Shown here: one piece after another, positions 28,816 to 38,991 of the stretch
How the letters are laid out: the number at the start of each line of letters is the position of its first letter
Position numbering within the stretch: position 1 is the first letter of the stretch
Position numbers and translations under genes: made by a program
Notes under the pieces: generated by a model
The model's input: only the letters and a program-made list of their open reading frames with translations
Told to the model about the DNA's origin: nothing
Database searches by the model: none
Origin: Opitutales bacterium
GTDB taxonomy: Bacteria; Verrucomicrobiota; Verrucomicrobiia; Opitutales; UBA953
Assembly: GCA_016463705.1 (NCBI GenBank)
Contig: JAEMQU010000004.1
Span: forward strand, 17,812-81,811
Reading direction: 5' to 3'
DNA: 64,000 nucleotides

Positions 28816-29418
28816 GTGACTCCTTCGTTTGAAAAAGTTCGTCAGTTACTTCGCCAACTCCCTGGCCTGGGTCACCGCTCGGCCGAAAGAATCGCGCTCT
28901 ATTTATTAGTGGAGAAGCCTGAAAAATTAGGACCCATTCTTGAATCTCTCACCGCAGCCTCCAAACAGGTTAAGCGTTGTAACCGTTGTGGCAGTATCGC
29001 CGAAGGTGACCTTTGTGAGGTTTGCGTGGATCCCAAGCGCGAGGCCACCTCGCTCTGTATCGTTGAGCAAGTCCCTGATTTACTCGCGATCGAACGCTCC
29101 CAGGCCCACCGGGGCACCTACCATGTCCTGCACGGCCGCCTTTCACCGATCAACGGCGTTGGCCCCGAACATTTGAATTTAGCGTCTCTGGAGAAGAGAC
29201 TGAAGGACGAGCCGATTCGTGAAATCGTGCTCGCGCTGGGTAATGACATCGAAGGCGAAGCGACCTGTCATTACATCCGGGAAAGCATTTCCAATATTCG
29301 TGCCGGGATTAAAGTAAGTCGTATCGGCTTCGGGCTACCCAGTGGCAGCGGCTTAACTTTTGCTGACTCCGCAACCCTGCGTAGTGCGCTGGAGGGTCGT
29401 CGCGATGTCGGGGACTAA
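28816..29418 (+). CDS. recR: recombination protein RecR
   Basis: GTG start. LLRQLPGLGHRSAERIALYLL helix-hairpin-helix, Zn finger CNRCGSIAEGDLCEVC, Toprim IVEQVPDLLAIE. Confidence 0.9.
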   Translation: MTPSFEKVRQLLRQLPGLGHRSAERIALYLLVEKPEKLGPILESLTAASKQVKRCNRCGSIAEGDLCEVCVDPKREATSLCIVEQVPDLLAIERSQAHRGTYHVLHGRLSPINGVGPEHLNLASLEKRLKDEPIREIVLALGNDIEGEATCHYIRESISNIRAGIKVSRIGFGLPSGSGLTFADSATLRSALEGRRDVGD

Positions 29419-30571
29419 TCCACTTAATCAATACCCCGAAAGCGCCGAAGACTATTGGCTGAATTTCGCCGAACAACTCACGGGCTTAAAAGATGATGAG
29501 GCGTTGGAGAAAATGACTCCGGCTGTTGCCAGACTTTCTGATTTATTCACGGTTGATCGTCCCGAAAAGAAATTTCCTGATTATTTTTCGGATAACGAAC
29601 TACTATCTGCTTACGGTTTATTTTTCTTACCTCAAAGTTTTGTTCGTACGACCTATGCCCTGCGATTTATCACTGAGGCTCGGCAGTGGAAGGCACCAGC
29701 TTCTCCGCTTCGTATTTTGGATCTAGGATCAGGTCCAGGCTCCTGTGGTGTCGCCTGCGCTCACTATTTTAAAGAGTTGGGCGTGAAAGAATTAGAGCTC
29801 AATGCACTCGACCATTCAGCCACGGCCTTGGCGGCCCTTGAGCCATTCGCAGAAGCGGTTTTAGGCAATGAATACAGTGTAAAAACAAGGATTGGTGATG
29901 CCCACCGTACCGACACTTGGCCAGAGGGCCCGTTTGATATTATCATCGCTGGCTTCGTGTTGAATGAAATGAAATCGCTCAATCAGCCCGCCCTCGTCGA
30001 ATGGGTAGAGTCGATGAAAGATCGGCTTACGCCCGAGGGACTTATTTTAATCTTAGAGCCAGCACTCAAGATCACTTCGCAGCGCTTACAAAAACTAAGC
30101 GATGAAATTGCGGCCCATGAAATCGTGACCAGAATTGGACCCGAATTAGATGCCCACCCCTGTCCGCAACTAGCCGATGGCGTTCACTGGTCGCACGAGG
30201 TTCGTCACTGGCAAATACCTTCCACCACTGAATTTATTAATCGTAAGTTGCACCGCGATTTACGTGACGTGCGTTTTAGTTTTGCGGCTTTTTCCGATCA
30301 AACGATTCCACGCTTAGAGAGTTCTGCGATCCGAATAGTTTCAGATATCCAAATCATTAAAGGACTCCTTCGCTTTATTGGAGTGCAAAACGGTCAGCTC
30401 CAAACCATCGAAGTCTCCACCCGCGGTATCTCCAAACATGATGTTAAACTTCTGGCGGCGAAATTTGAACGTGGTGACATTGTCAGCCATTCGCAGCCGT
30501 CAGCGCCGAAGGTGAGATTGACGGATAGTACGGACCTAAAAATCGTCTGGGCTGCCCAACCAAGAAATTAG
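29405..30571 (+). CDS. SAM-dependent methyltransferase, Rsm22-like
   Basis: ATG 29405 overlaps the recR stop by 14 nt. SAM motif ILDLGSGPGSCG. The length and N-terminal LSAYGLFFLPQSF region resemble the Rsm22/COG5459 family from memory. Confidence 0.55.
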   Translation: MSGTNPLNQYPESAEDYWLNFAEQLTGLKDDEALEKMTPAVARLSDLFTVDRPEKKFPDYFSDNELLSAYGLFFLPQSFVRTTYALRFITEARQWKAPASPLRILDLGSGPGSCGVACAHYFKELGVKELELNALDHSATALAALEPFAEAVLGNEYSVKTRIGDAHRTDTWPEGPFDIIIAGFVLNEMKSLNQPALVEWVESMKDRLTPEGLILILEPALKITSQRLQKLSDEIAAHEIVTRIGPELDAHPCPQLADGVHWSHEVRHWQIPSTTEFINRKLHRDLRDVRFSFAAFSDQTIPRLESSAIRIVSDIQIIKGLLRFIGVQNGQLQTIEVSTRGISKHDVKLLAAKFERGDIVSHSQPSAPKVRLTDSTDLKIVWAAQPRN

Positions 30572-30687
30572 CCTAAATCTCCCCATTTGTGACAGGAAAG
30601 TGACGAACTTCGGGAAGATTTGGTCTAAAATTTGAAAATCTATGGTGTGATAGTGACAATGCTTTCACGAATAGTTATCCCTTAGAA

Positions 30688-32757
30688 ATGTTTAACCGTG
30701 AACTCAGCTGGCTAAGTTTTGACCGACGTGTGTTGGAGTTGGCTGAAGATTCCACGGTGCCACTTCTCGAGCGAGTACGCTTTCTTTCCATCGTCAGTTC
30801 GAACCTAGATGAATTTTTTGAAATCCGCGTGGCGGGTATCATGCAACAGGAAGAATCCGCCAGTCACCCTGCCACTCGTGAATTTCTCCAAGAAGTATTA
30901 AAGCAAGCCCACGGTTTAGTGAGCGCCCAGCAGAATTGCTGGAAGGAACAAATTGTCCCCGCTCTCGCCAAGGAAGGTATCGAATATAAAATTAAGGGCC
31001 AGCTCACTAAGGCTGAGTTGCATGAACTTTCGGAAAGATTTGATAAAGACATTTTGCCGGCGTTGACCCCTCTGGCGATTGACCCCTCTCACCCGTTCCC
31101 GGTATTAACCAATAAAGGTCTCTATTTATTGGCTTTATTGAAAGACCCTGAGTCCGGCGAAACGCGTCGTGCAGTGGTTCCCGTCCCTCGCGTGCTGCCC
31201 CGTATTTTAGCACTAGGACCAAGTAATAAACGCTCCTTCACCTTACTGAGTATCGTTACGCAAATTTTTATCGAGCGTCTATTCCCAGGATTAGAACTTA
31301 AAGGATCCTGGGCATTCCGCATTACGCGAAACAGCGATTTATACGTCGACGAAGAAGAAGCGGTAAATTTGCTCGATGCGATTGAAGACGAAATTCGTAA
31401 TTTGCGAAAAGGTGCGCCGGTTCGACTCGAGATTGAACACTCGGTGCCTGACGAAGAACTTACCTGGCTATTAAAATCCATCGGTCTCGGGGTGGATAAT
31501 ACCTTCCGCATTCAAGGCCCGATTAACATGATGCGGTTAAGTAGTTTAATCGACCTCGCGAATCGTCCTGATCTGGTTTTCCCAAACTTCTCATCGACAA
31601 CTCCGACCGAACTGAGTGAGCCATCAAAGATTTTTTCGAAGATTTCCAAAGGGGATATTCTTCTTCATCATCCCTATGAATCATTTACCCCGGTGGTAGA
31701 TTTGCTACGTCAGGCGGCCAAGGATGATTCGGTCGTGGCGATTAAATTAACTCTATATCGAACCAGCGGTGACTCACCGATTGTCGAAGCCTTAAAAGAA
31801 GCGGCACAAAATGGTAAACAGGTCACAGCTTTGGTCGAACTGCGTGCCCGCTTTGATGAGTTGAACAACATCGAATGGTCGCGCCAGTTACAAGAAGCGG
31901 GTGCCCACGTCGTTTACGGGCTCGCTGGACTCAAGACGCACTGCAAGGCGTGTCTCATTATTCGCCAGGAAAAAACCGGCCTCAAACGTTATGTGCATTT
32001 GGGTACCGGAAATTATAATCCGAAGACCGCCCGACTCTATACGGACTTTTCACTATTCACGGCCGATGAGGAAATTACTTCTGAAGTGGGATTATTATTT
32101 AATGTATTAACCGGAAATCTTGCTAAACCAAAATTCAAGCACCTGCTCGTTGCGCCCTTCCATCTGCATCGAGGAATTATCGATTTAATTAATGCAGAAA
32201 TCTCTTCGGCCAAAGCGGGTCGCCCTGCTAAAATTTTCGCCAAGGTGAATAGTCTCGTGGATCCCGAGGTAATCGAAGCACTCTATGCGGCCTCGAATGC
32301 CGGAGTCTCGGTTCACTTGATTGTCCGTGGTATTTGTTGTCTCAAACCGGGTATTCCTGGGAAGAGTGAAAACATCAAAGTTTTCAGTGTTTTAGGACGC
32401 TTCTTAGAACACAGTAGACTTTTCCGTTTCGAGAATTCCCGCGGTGAACCGATTATTTTAATGGGCAGTGCTGACTGGATGCCGCGTAATTTTATGCGTC
32501 GAGTGGAGTGCGTATTCCCCATTAAGAATAAAGCACTTCGAACACGCATCGAAAATGAAGTTTTAAAAGTTTACAGCGAGAAACTGGGCGATGTTAAGCA
32601 GCTCAATTCAGAGGGTCAGTATCTGCCCTGCTCTCCCAAGGGACGCAGTGATGCACAAGTTCAAGCAGCCTTCTTAGACTTAGCTAAAAAACACTTAGCC
32701 GATAATATTAGCGCGGCAAAGAAGACCCCAGGCAAATCCGCTCGACGGCTCCGTTAA
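30688..32757 (+). CDS. ppk1: polyphosphate kinase 1
   Basis: FNRELSWLSFDRRVLELAED, PLLERVRFLSIVSSNLDEFFEIRVAG, two PLD-like C-terminal domains (HCKACLI, HSRLF). Confidence 0.93.
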   Translation: MFNRELSWLSFDRRVLELAEDSTVPLLERVRFLSIVSSNLDEFFEIRVAGIMQQEESASHPATREFLQEVLKQAHGLVSAQQNCWKEQIVPALAKEGIEYKIKGQLTKAELHELSERFDKDILPALTPLAIDPSHPFPVLTNKGLYLLALLKDPESGETRRAVVPVPRVLPRILALGPSNKRSFTLLSIVTQIFIERLFPGLELKGSWAFRITRNSDLYVDEEEAVNLLDAIEDEIRNLRKGAPVRLEIEHSVPDEELTWLLKSIGLGVDNTFRIQGPINMMRLSSLIDLANRPDLVFPNFSSTTPTELSEPSKIFSKISKGDILLHHPYESFTPVVDLLRQAAKDDSVVAIKLTLYRTSGDSPIVEALKEAAQNGKQVTALVELRARFDELNNIEWSRQLQEAGAHVVYGLAGLKTHCKACLIIRQEKTGLKRYVHLGTGNYNPKTARLYTDFSLFTADEEITSEVGLLFNVLTGNLAKPKFKHLLVAPFHLHRGIIDLINAEISSAKAGRPAKIFAKVNSLVDPEVIEALYAASNAGVSVHLIVRGICCLKPGIPGKSENIKVFSVLGRFLEHSRLFRFENSRGEPIILMGSADWMPRNFMRRVECVFPIKNKALRTRIENEVLKVYSEKLGDVKQLNSEGQYLPCSPKGRSDAQVQAAFLDLAKKHLADNISAAKKTPGKSARRLR

Positions 32758-33910
32758 AGCCTTCCTTGTCTCCTAAAATATCTACTTCCATTCGAACATA
32801 CATGAGTGGGAGTGAGGGACGGAAACGTGATTGCAGTCGAACCGCATCTTTCTCCGTAGTAACAATCACTTCGGCTTTAGCTTGGATGGCTGACTCTAAA
32901 ACTTCGTCTAAGTCTTCGTCATTAAAAGCGTGGTGATCGAGGAATCGACGATTGGAAACGATTTTGGCACCTTGAGCTAAGAGAGTTTCCTCAAATCTTT
33001 CGGGAGTCGCGATACCCGAGAAGGACGCAATGCGTTTTCCCGCCAAGAAACTGAGGGGTAAATGCTGAGTGCCATCTATTTCAATGAGCTCCTTGGCAAT
33101 GTGTGCACAGGAAATGATTTCGACCTTGGGGTTATGCTTACGAATCAAAGCAACTAATTCGGGATCCGGTGCGCCCGTCGATTTCGTAAGAAAAATATAG
33201 GAAGCACGACTTAAATTCCCCACGGGCTCACGCAGAATGCCACGCGGTAAGAGGCAACGATTTCCAAAAGGGTTCCGACTATCGACGAGCAGTAAATTGA
33301 TCTGTCCGCTTAATGGGAGATATTGTAGACCGTCGTCTAATAAAATGGTATCGACTCCGAATTGACGAAGCGCGAATCGGCCACCCTCGACACGATTGCG
33401 ATCCACGATTACCACGACGCCGTACTTAACTAAGTTAGTCGCCAACATGAAAGGCTCGTCCCCTGCCTCATCGGGACCCGCGAGGACGCTTTTACCGTCG
33501 GATACCGTAAGCGGATCGGGTCGACGGCCCTGCGTGAGCCAACGCCAAAATCTCTTTAACATCGAGTCACTGGCACCTTTATAACCACGAGACAAAATGG
33601 CGACTTTACGTCCACGTTGGGCGAGTACCTGGGCCATTTTCATGACGACAGGCGTTTTACCTGTTCCACCCACGGTTAAATTTCCAACCACGACTACTTT
33701 GCAGCCCAGGTGGGTGTCTCGGATGAGTCTGTGACGATAAAGCCACAATCGAAATTTTACGAGTACCTCAAATACGAGAGAAAGTAGCCAGAGAATGGAT
33801 CCGAGGAAAGTCGGGAATACCCCAGTTTTACGGTCATAAACGAGGTCAGTAGCGTATCCAGCAATAGCCTCACGAAGGGTCGAAAATATTCCTCGGTGCT
33901 TAGGTCTCAT
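32708..33910 (-). CDS. lpxK: tetraacyldisaccharide 4'-kinase
   Basis: N-terminal TM segment, P-loop [19 protein letters not shown] motif. 400 aa, somewhat long. The 3' end overlaps ppk1 by 50 nt. Confidence 0.85.
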   Translation of the reverse strand: MRPKHRGIFSTLREAIAGYATDLVYDRKTGVFPTFLGSILWLLSLVFEVLVKFRLWLYRHRLIRDTHLGCKVVVVGNLTVGGTGKTPVVMKMAQVLAQRGRKVAILSRGYKGASDSMLKRFWRWLTQGRRPDPLTVSDGKSVLAGPDEAGDEPFMLATNLVKYGVVVIVDRNRVEGGRFALRQFGVDTILLDDGLQYLPLSGQINLLLVDSRNPFGNRCLLPRGILREPVGNLSRASYIFLTKSTGAPDPELVALIRKHNPKVEIISCAHIAKELIEIDGTQHLPLSFLAGKRIASFSGIATPERFEETLLAQGAKIVSNRRFLDHHAFNDEDLDEVLESAIQAKAEVIVTTEKDAVRLQSRFRPSLPLMYVRMEVDILGDKEGFNGAVERICLGSSLPR

Positions 33911-33978
33911 AGGCGTAAACTATGCAAACTTGTTTGACGCAGGCAGGCAACCCGATTGAGAAGGGACGAAACGAGTCT

Positions 33979-34380
33979 ATGCTCTACCACCTCTTACGCA
34001 CCAAGATACTGCGCGCTGAAGTCACCGGTGCCCGCATCGATTATGAGGGTTCTTTAGCCATAGACAGCGAATTAATGGCCTTAGTGGGTATGCTTCCCTA
34101 CGAGAAAATCTTAGTGGGCAATATCGAGAATGGTGAGAGATTTGAGACCTATGCGATCCCTGCCCCAGCCGGTTCCAGACAGATTTGTTTAAACGGCGCC
34201 ACCGCCCACTTGGGTAAAGTAGGTGACTTATTAGTAGTCATGACCTTTGCTGAGGTCACACCCGAGGAAGCTAAATCCTGGCATCCCAAAACAGCTACCC
34301 TGTCTCACCAGAACAAAAAAGTTGTTCGAATCGAAAACCCCGACGTCTCCCCAGACCTTCTCAATACTTTCCAAAAATGA
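33979..34380 (+). CDS. panD: aspartate 1-decarboxylase
   Basis: Start at ATG 33979 (MLYHLLRTKILRAEVTGARIDYEGSLAID). YEGS is the self-cleavage Gly-Ser site. The track start at 33922 adds a non-homologous leader. Confidence 0.88.
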   Translation: MLYHLLRTKILRAEVTGARIDYEGSLAIDSELMALVGMLPYEKILVGNIENGERFETYAIPAPAGSRQICLNGATAHLGKVGDLLVVMTFAEVTPEEAKSWHPKTATLSHQNKKVVRIENPDVSPDLLNTFQK

Positions 34381-35456
34381 GTTACCGCTTATACATTCCA
34401 GGACCACTGACGGTTTCTGAATCGATCATCAAGGCGATGGGCAAGCCCATGATTGGTCACCGATCGAAAGACTTCGTTGCTCTCTATGAAGACATGCAAC
34501 CACGTCTACAGAAGATGTTCTTCACCACGGACCCTGTCTATTTAGGTACGAGTTCCGCCTGGGGTGTGATGGAAGGCGCCCTTCGCAATATTTGTAAAAA
34601 AGGCGTTCTCAATTGTATGAACGGTGCGTTCTCCGATAAATGGAACGACGTCGCCAAGCGCTGCGGTAAATACTCCGAAGCTCTACAATTCGAATGGGGT
34701 ATGCCGGTAGACCCAGAAGCCGTTCGCAAAGCACTCGCGACCGGTAAGTTCGATTGTGTCACTTTCATTCATTCCGAAACTTCGACGGGTACCCTTTCAA
34801 ACATTAGCGCGATCATGGCGGTCATCCGTGAATTCCCTGACGTTATCTCGATCGCAGACTCCGTAAGTTCATTCTCTACCCTACCTATTAAGAAGGACGA
34901 ACTGGGTATTGATATTCTTCTGACCGGTTCACAAAAGGCCCTCGCGTTGCCTCCTGGCTTGGCGATTTTCTCCGTCAGTGAACGTGCCCGTACTCGTGCG
35001 AAGGAACTTTCCGATCGTGGCTATTACTTTGATTTAATCGAGTTTCACGACAACCACACCAAGGGAATGACCCCTTCGACTCCTTGCATCTCTTTATTCT
35101 ACGGACTCCAACAACGTCTCGTGGAAATTGAAGCTGAAGGTCTCGATAACCGCTACGAACGTCACCGTCATTTAAATGAAAGGGTGCGCCATTGGGGCTT
35201 AGCTAAAGGTTTTAGTTTATTACCCAGTCCTGAATTCGCTACACGCGGACTCAACTGCTTTAAGAACGACCGTAATGCCGATTTAGAGCGTTTACTTAAA
35301 ACTCTTAAATCCCGTCACAAACTGGTCATCGATGGTGGATACGGAAAATTAAAAGGTAAAACCTTCCGCATCTCCAACATGGGTGAAGAAACCGACGCCA
35401 CCATTTCCACACTCATTGCCGCGCTTGATGACTCTTTCGCTGAGCAAGGAATATAA
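34377..35456 (+). CDS. class V PLP-dependent aminotransferase (alanine-glyoxylate / serine-pyruvate family)
   Basis: ATGA overlap with panD. GSQKALALPPG (PLP lysine), HSETSTG. 359 aa. Confidence 0.7.
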   Translation: MSYRLYIPGPLTVSESIIKAMGKPMIGHRSKDFVALYEDMQPRLQKMFFTTDPVYLGTSSAWGVMEGALRNICKKGVLNCMNGAFSDKWNDVAKRCGKYSEALQFEWGMPVDPEAVRKALATGKFDCVTFIHSETSTGTLSNISAIMAVIREFPDVISIADSVSSFSTLPIKKDELGIDILLTGSQKALALPPGLAIFSVSERARTRAKELSDRGYYFDLIEFHDNHTKGMTPSTPCISLFYGLQQRLVEIEAEGLDNRYERHRHLNERVRHWGLAKGFSLLPSPEFATRGLNCFKNDRNADLERLLKTLKSRHKLVIDGGYGKLKGKTFRISNMGEETDATISTLIAALDDSFAEQGI

Positions 35457-35488
35457 CCACGACTTGACAAGCGGTTATAATCCTACGC

Positions 35489-38215
35489 ATGGCAAAAAAA
35501 TCTTCCAAGGCTCCTTCCACTAAAACTGATAACTCGGTTTTAAAGACGTTAGTCATCGCTGAAAAGCCCTCCGTCGCTGCGGATTTGGCGAAGGTTCTCA
35601 AAGTTTCGAAGTCAGGCGATGTGTACGAAAACGGTGAATGGATCATTAGTTCAGCGGTCGGTCACTTAGTAAAATTAAAGGACCCCGAAGATCTTGATCC
35701 AAAATATAAACGCTGGACGCTTAAGGATCTGCCCATTCTTCCCGACAAGTATGACGGCACGGTTGATACGAGTGTCTTGAAGGCCATTATCGGCGACCGC
35801 CAAGATGGTACACGCTTCAAACTTTTAAAAGAGCTCATCAAACGCAACGATGTTGGAACTATCGTCAATGCTTGCGACGCTGGTCGTGAAGGTGAACTGA
35901 TTCTTCATTACATCTATAAACTGATTGGACGTGAACTTCCGGTGAAACGTCTCTGGCTTACCAGTATGACAAACGAGTCCATTCAGAACAGTTTCGATAA
36001 TTTGTTAACGAGCGATGCCAAGGCCGGATTGCGCGACTCTGCGGTCGGTCGTTCGCAAGCTGACTGGTTGGTTGGACTTAATGCGAGTCGACTTTGCACA
36101 CTGAGAATCGGGGCACGCAGCGAATCCTATCCTGCGGGCCGCGTACAGACCCCTACGCTCATGTTGATTGTGGAACGCGAATTAGAAATCCGTGCGTTTC
36201 AACCTAAAACCTTTTGGAAAATTGAAGCCTACTTTAATATTAAGTCCGGACAGTACAAAGGCGTTGCGCAAGTCCCTGGTGTCACCGATCGCAAAGAAGC
36301 GGAACGTTTCTTTGATGAAGCAGCCGCTAAAAAAGTTTCTGAGGAAAGTCTTAAAATCGGCGTGGGAACCGTCACCGACGAATGCAAGCCCAAGAAAGAG
36401 AGTGCACCTCGTCTCTTTGACTTAACCAGTCTGCAACGTGAAGGTAATCGTCGTTTCGGTTTCTCTGCAAAAACCACTCTCGGTGCCGCCCAAGCACTTT
36501 ACGAAAAACATAAAGCCCTGACCTACCCTCGTACGGATTCGCAGTACTTACCCGAGGATCACTTGCCCACTGCGAAGAATGTATTGGAATCTTTAATCCA
36601 AGGACACTCCGTCGGTAATTTCGCTAAAGAAGTTTTAGCTAAAGGTTGGCTTAACTCGGCTGGTAAGCGCGTCTTTGATAATAAGAAAGTCAGCGATCAC
36701 TTTGCCATCGTCCCCACCGGTACAATTCCGAATGGACTCTCTGAAGTTGAGCAAAAGATTTACGATTTAGTCGTCCGTCGATTCGTTGGTGTATTCTTCC
36801 CGATGGCGGAATTCGAAGAAACCGTTCGAACCACTCAAGTCGGTCAGTACAATTTCCGTACGACTGGTAAAGTTTTAGTCGTTGCTGGTTGGCGCGCCGT
36901 TTGGGGACAAGAAGCCGAAGCGGAAGAAGACAAAGAGAAAGAAGGCGCCGCTAATCTCCCAGCACTCAGCGATGCGGATGGCAAACCACCGCAAGCTAAG
37001 CTCGCGGATATCGACGTTAAGCAAGACGCCACCAAACCACCCGCCCGTTTTAATGAAGCATCACTCTTAGGTGCGATGGAAAATGCGGGTAAACTTGTCG
37101 ACGACGATGCCCTGGCTGAAGCTATGAAAGAGCGCGGTTTAGGCACTCCCGCGACACGTGCTCAAACGATCGAAGGGCTTTTGGGCCAAAAATATATTGA
37201 GAGACAAGGCAAAGAACTTGTTCCCATGGCTAAGGCATTCCAGTTACACCAATTTATTCACGCCAAAGGTTTATCTTTCCTCTCGGAGCCTCAACTCACC
37301 GGTGAATGGGAATTTAAATTAAAACAAACTGAACACGGTGAACTTTCGGTTAAGAAATTTATTGCTGATATTAAAGTACAGGTTGAAGATTTTATTAATA
37401 AAGGTCGCGTTGAACCTGAACCCACCTTGGTGCACCCTGAAGTCTTATCACCTTCAGACAAAAAGCCGATGATGACGAATGGTGAAAGTTATTTTTCTCA
37501 GGATCGTTCGGCGGATGGTAAGAAGCCGATGGTGATTGTTTACAAAGGTGTGAACGGACACGAAGTGACTCCTGCGGAACTCGCTGAACTGATTGAGAAG
37601 CGTCGAATCGGACCCTTTGATGACTTCAAATCGATGAAGTCGGGCAAGAACTACACAGGCTATATTGATTTAGTAGATGAAGACTCGATCGTCTCCTGGA
37701 AGAAGAAACCCGAGGAAGCTCCGGCCAAAGATGAAAACGGTGTCGAAAAGCCTAAGCGCAAAACCAAGCCCAAGCCGGCCACAGGTCGACTCAAGGGTGT
37801 GCTCTATTTACCACCACGCGAAGGAGCGGCTGGAAATCCCGATGCCTTTGACGCCGAGTGGCCGGTTCTGGGTAATTGCCCAGTCTCGGGCCTCCCCGTC
37901 CAACAAACGCCGTCAGCGGGCTACAGAGTATGTCCACAGAAGGCTGCCGAGGCGGGTGCGAAGAAGACTTTTGGCCTAAGCGCCGAAATGCTCAAATGCC
38001 CCATTACTCCGGAGGATATAAAAGCCTTACTGACGACCGGCAAAACACCGTTGAAGAAATTTATCTCCCGAAAGACCAATCGAGGATTCGAAGCTTATTT
38101 AGTAGCGGATAAAGATAAAGGATGGTGGTTCGAGTTTCCTCCGCGCAAACCCAAAGGCCCACGCAAGGCAGCGGGTGGATCTTCCGAAAAATCGTCCGAC
38201 TCGAATCCTTACTAG
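35489..38215 (+). CDS. topB: DNA topoisomerase III with tandem topoisomerase C-terminal repeats and a Lys/Pro-rich tail
   Basis: Toprim LVIAEKPSVA and ACDAGREGELI, catalytic region LTYPRTDSQYL. The C-terminus has two copies of the repeat (VTPAELAELIEKRRIGPFDDFKSMKSGKNYTGYIDL and ITPEDIKALLTTGKTPLKKFISRKTNRGFEAYLV). Confidence 0.85.
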   Translation: MAKKSSKAPSTKTDNSVLKTLVIAEKPSVAADLAKVLKVSKSGDVYENGEWIISSAVGHLVKLKDPEDLDPKYKRWTLKDLPILPDKYDGTVDTSVLKAIIGDRQDGTRFKLLKELIKRNDVGTIVNACDAGREGELILHYIYKLIGRELPVKRLWLTSMTNESIQNSFDNLLTSDAKAGLRDSAVGRSQADWLVGLNASRLCTLRIGARSESYPAGRVQTPTLMLIVERELEIRAFQPKTFWKIEAYFNIKSGQYKGVAQVPGVTDRKEAERFFDEAAAKKVSEESLKIGVGTVTDECKPKKESAPRLFDLTSLQREGNRRFGFSAKTTLGAAQALYEKHKALTYPRTDSQYLPEDHLPTAKNVLESLIQGHSVGNFAKEVLAKGWLNSAGKRVFDNKKVSDHFAIVPTGTIPNGLSEVEQKIYDLVVRRFVGVFFPMAEFEETVRTTQVGQYNFRTTGKVLVVAGWRAVWGQEAEAEEDKEKEGAANLPALSDADGKPPQAKLADIDVKQDATKPPARFNEASLLGAMENAGKLVDDDALAEAMKERGLGTPATRAQTIEGLLGQKYIERQGKELVPMAKAFQLHQFIHAKGLSFLSEPQLTGEWEFKLKQTEHGELSVKKFIADIKVQVEDFINKGRVEPEPTLVHPEVLSPSDKKPMMTNGESYFSQDRSADGKKPMVIVYKGVNGHEVTPAELAELIEKRRIGPFDDFKSMKSGKNYTGYIDLVDEDSIVSWKKKPEEAPAKDENGVEKPKRKTKPKPATGRLKGVLYLPPREGAAGNPDAFDAEWPVLGNCPVSGLPVQQTPSAGYRVCPQKAAEAGAKKTFGLSAEMLKCPITPEDIKALLTTGKTPLKKFISRKTNRGFEAYLVADKDKGWWFEFPPRKPKGPRKAAGGSSEKSSDSNPY

Positions 38216-38991
38216 TTTCTCTTCTCCCAAGACTGACGTGGGATACGTTGGAGAATGGTAAGATTTAATTGATCTTCCATAAACCGCAGACGCTCCAAAT
38301 CATCGGGTGCGTGGTCATCTTCGTTGCTCAGTTTCTTTTGCCAAACATTGCGATACCAATCGTAGGCAGCTTTGGTTTGTCCACTTTCCCATAAGGCCCT
38401 TGCACACATGAAGTGGACAAACCAGGGTGCGTTTTTACTTTCCGAGGCACGCTTGTAGTAGTCGGCCGCTAATGAAAAATCTTTTAGTTTTAGTTCCGAC
38501 ATCTGTCCGGCCGAAATTAAAATTCCGACATTTCCTCCGGTGTACTTAACACCCTCCTCGAGGACATTGATTCCATGTCGTCCATATTTTTTAAATAAAT
38601 CATCTTGGATTTCCGCACTCACTTTAGCGTATCCACCGCGTTTACGGATTTCCCAATGGGCCATGTCATACCCGATCACGTAGCCCGTATTCTCCCAAAA
38701 AAAGCGAGCACGTGGATCGAGCAAACAGGAGGTCCGCATGAGTGCTTCGCAGCCGGCTCGATCGCGTCGTTCCCAAAGCACGTAACTTCTAATCCAAGCC
38801 CCATCAGCCACCACGGTACGAAATCCTCCTAAGATGCCCAGCAGCACGCCCTGCCCGAGACTCGGCTCAATTTGTTTTTTACCCATCTCGGGAATCGAAA
38901 CCCGCACCTTCATCCAAGAAAGCTCCGCAATCACTCCAGCCAATCCCAGGCAAAAGATTGCAATAATCCATGAGACGCGTGAGGACTTCAT
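38212..38991 (-). CDS. membrane-anchored hypothetical protein, possibly TPR-like helical repeats
   Basis: Start at ATG 38991 (MKSSRVSWIIAIFCLGLAGVIA), a TAATG overlap with the permease stop. Two N-terminal hydrophobic segments; the helical C-terminal region contains AADYYKRA and AAYDWYRNVW. Confidence 0.55.
   Translation of the reverse strand: MKSSRVSWIIAIFCLGLAGVIAELSWMKVRVSIPEMGKKQIEPSLGQGVLLGILGGFRTVVADGAWIRSYVLWERRDRAGCEALMRTSCLLDPRARFFWENTGYVIGYDMAHWEIRKRGGYAKVSAEIQDDLFKKYGRHGINVLEEGVKYTGGNVGILISAGQMSELKLKDFSLAADYYKRASESKNAPWFVHFMCARALWESGQTKAAYDWYRNVWQKKLSNEDDHAPDDLERLRFMEDQLNLTILQRIPRQSWEKRN

Noticed and set aside
35464-35481. TTGACA and TATAAT hexamers upstream of topB, considered as a sigma-70 promoter.
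   Set aside because: The spacing between the two hexamers is only 6 nt, so they cannot act as a -35/-10 pair. Only the TATAAT is retained, as a speculative element in the topB finding.
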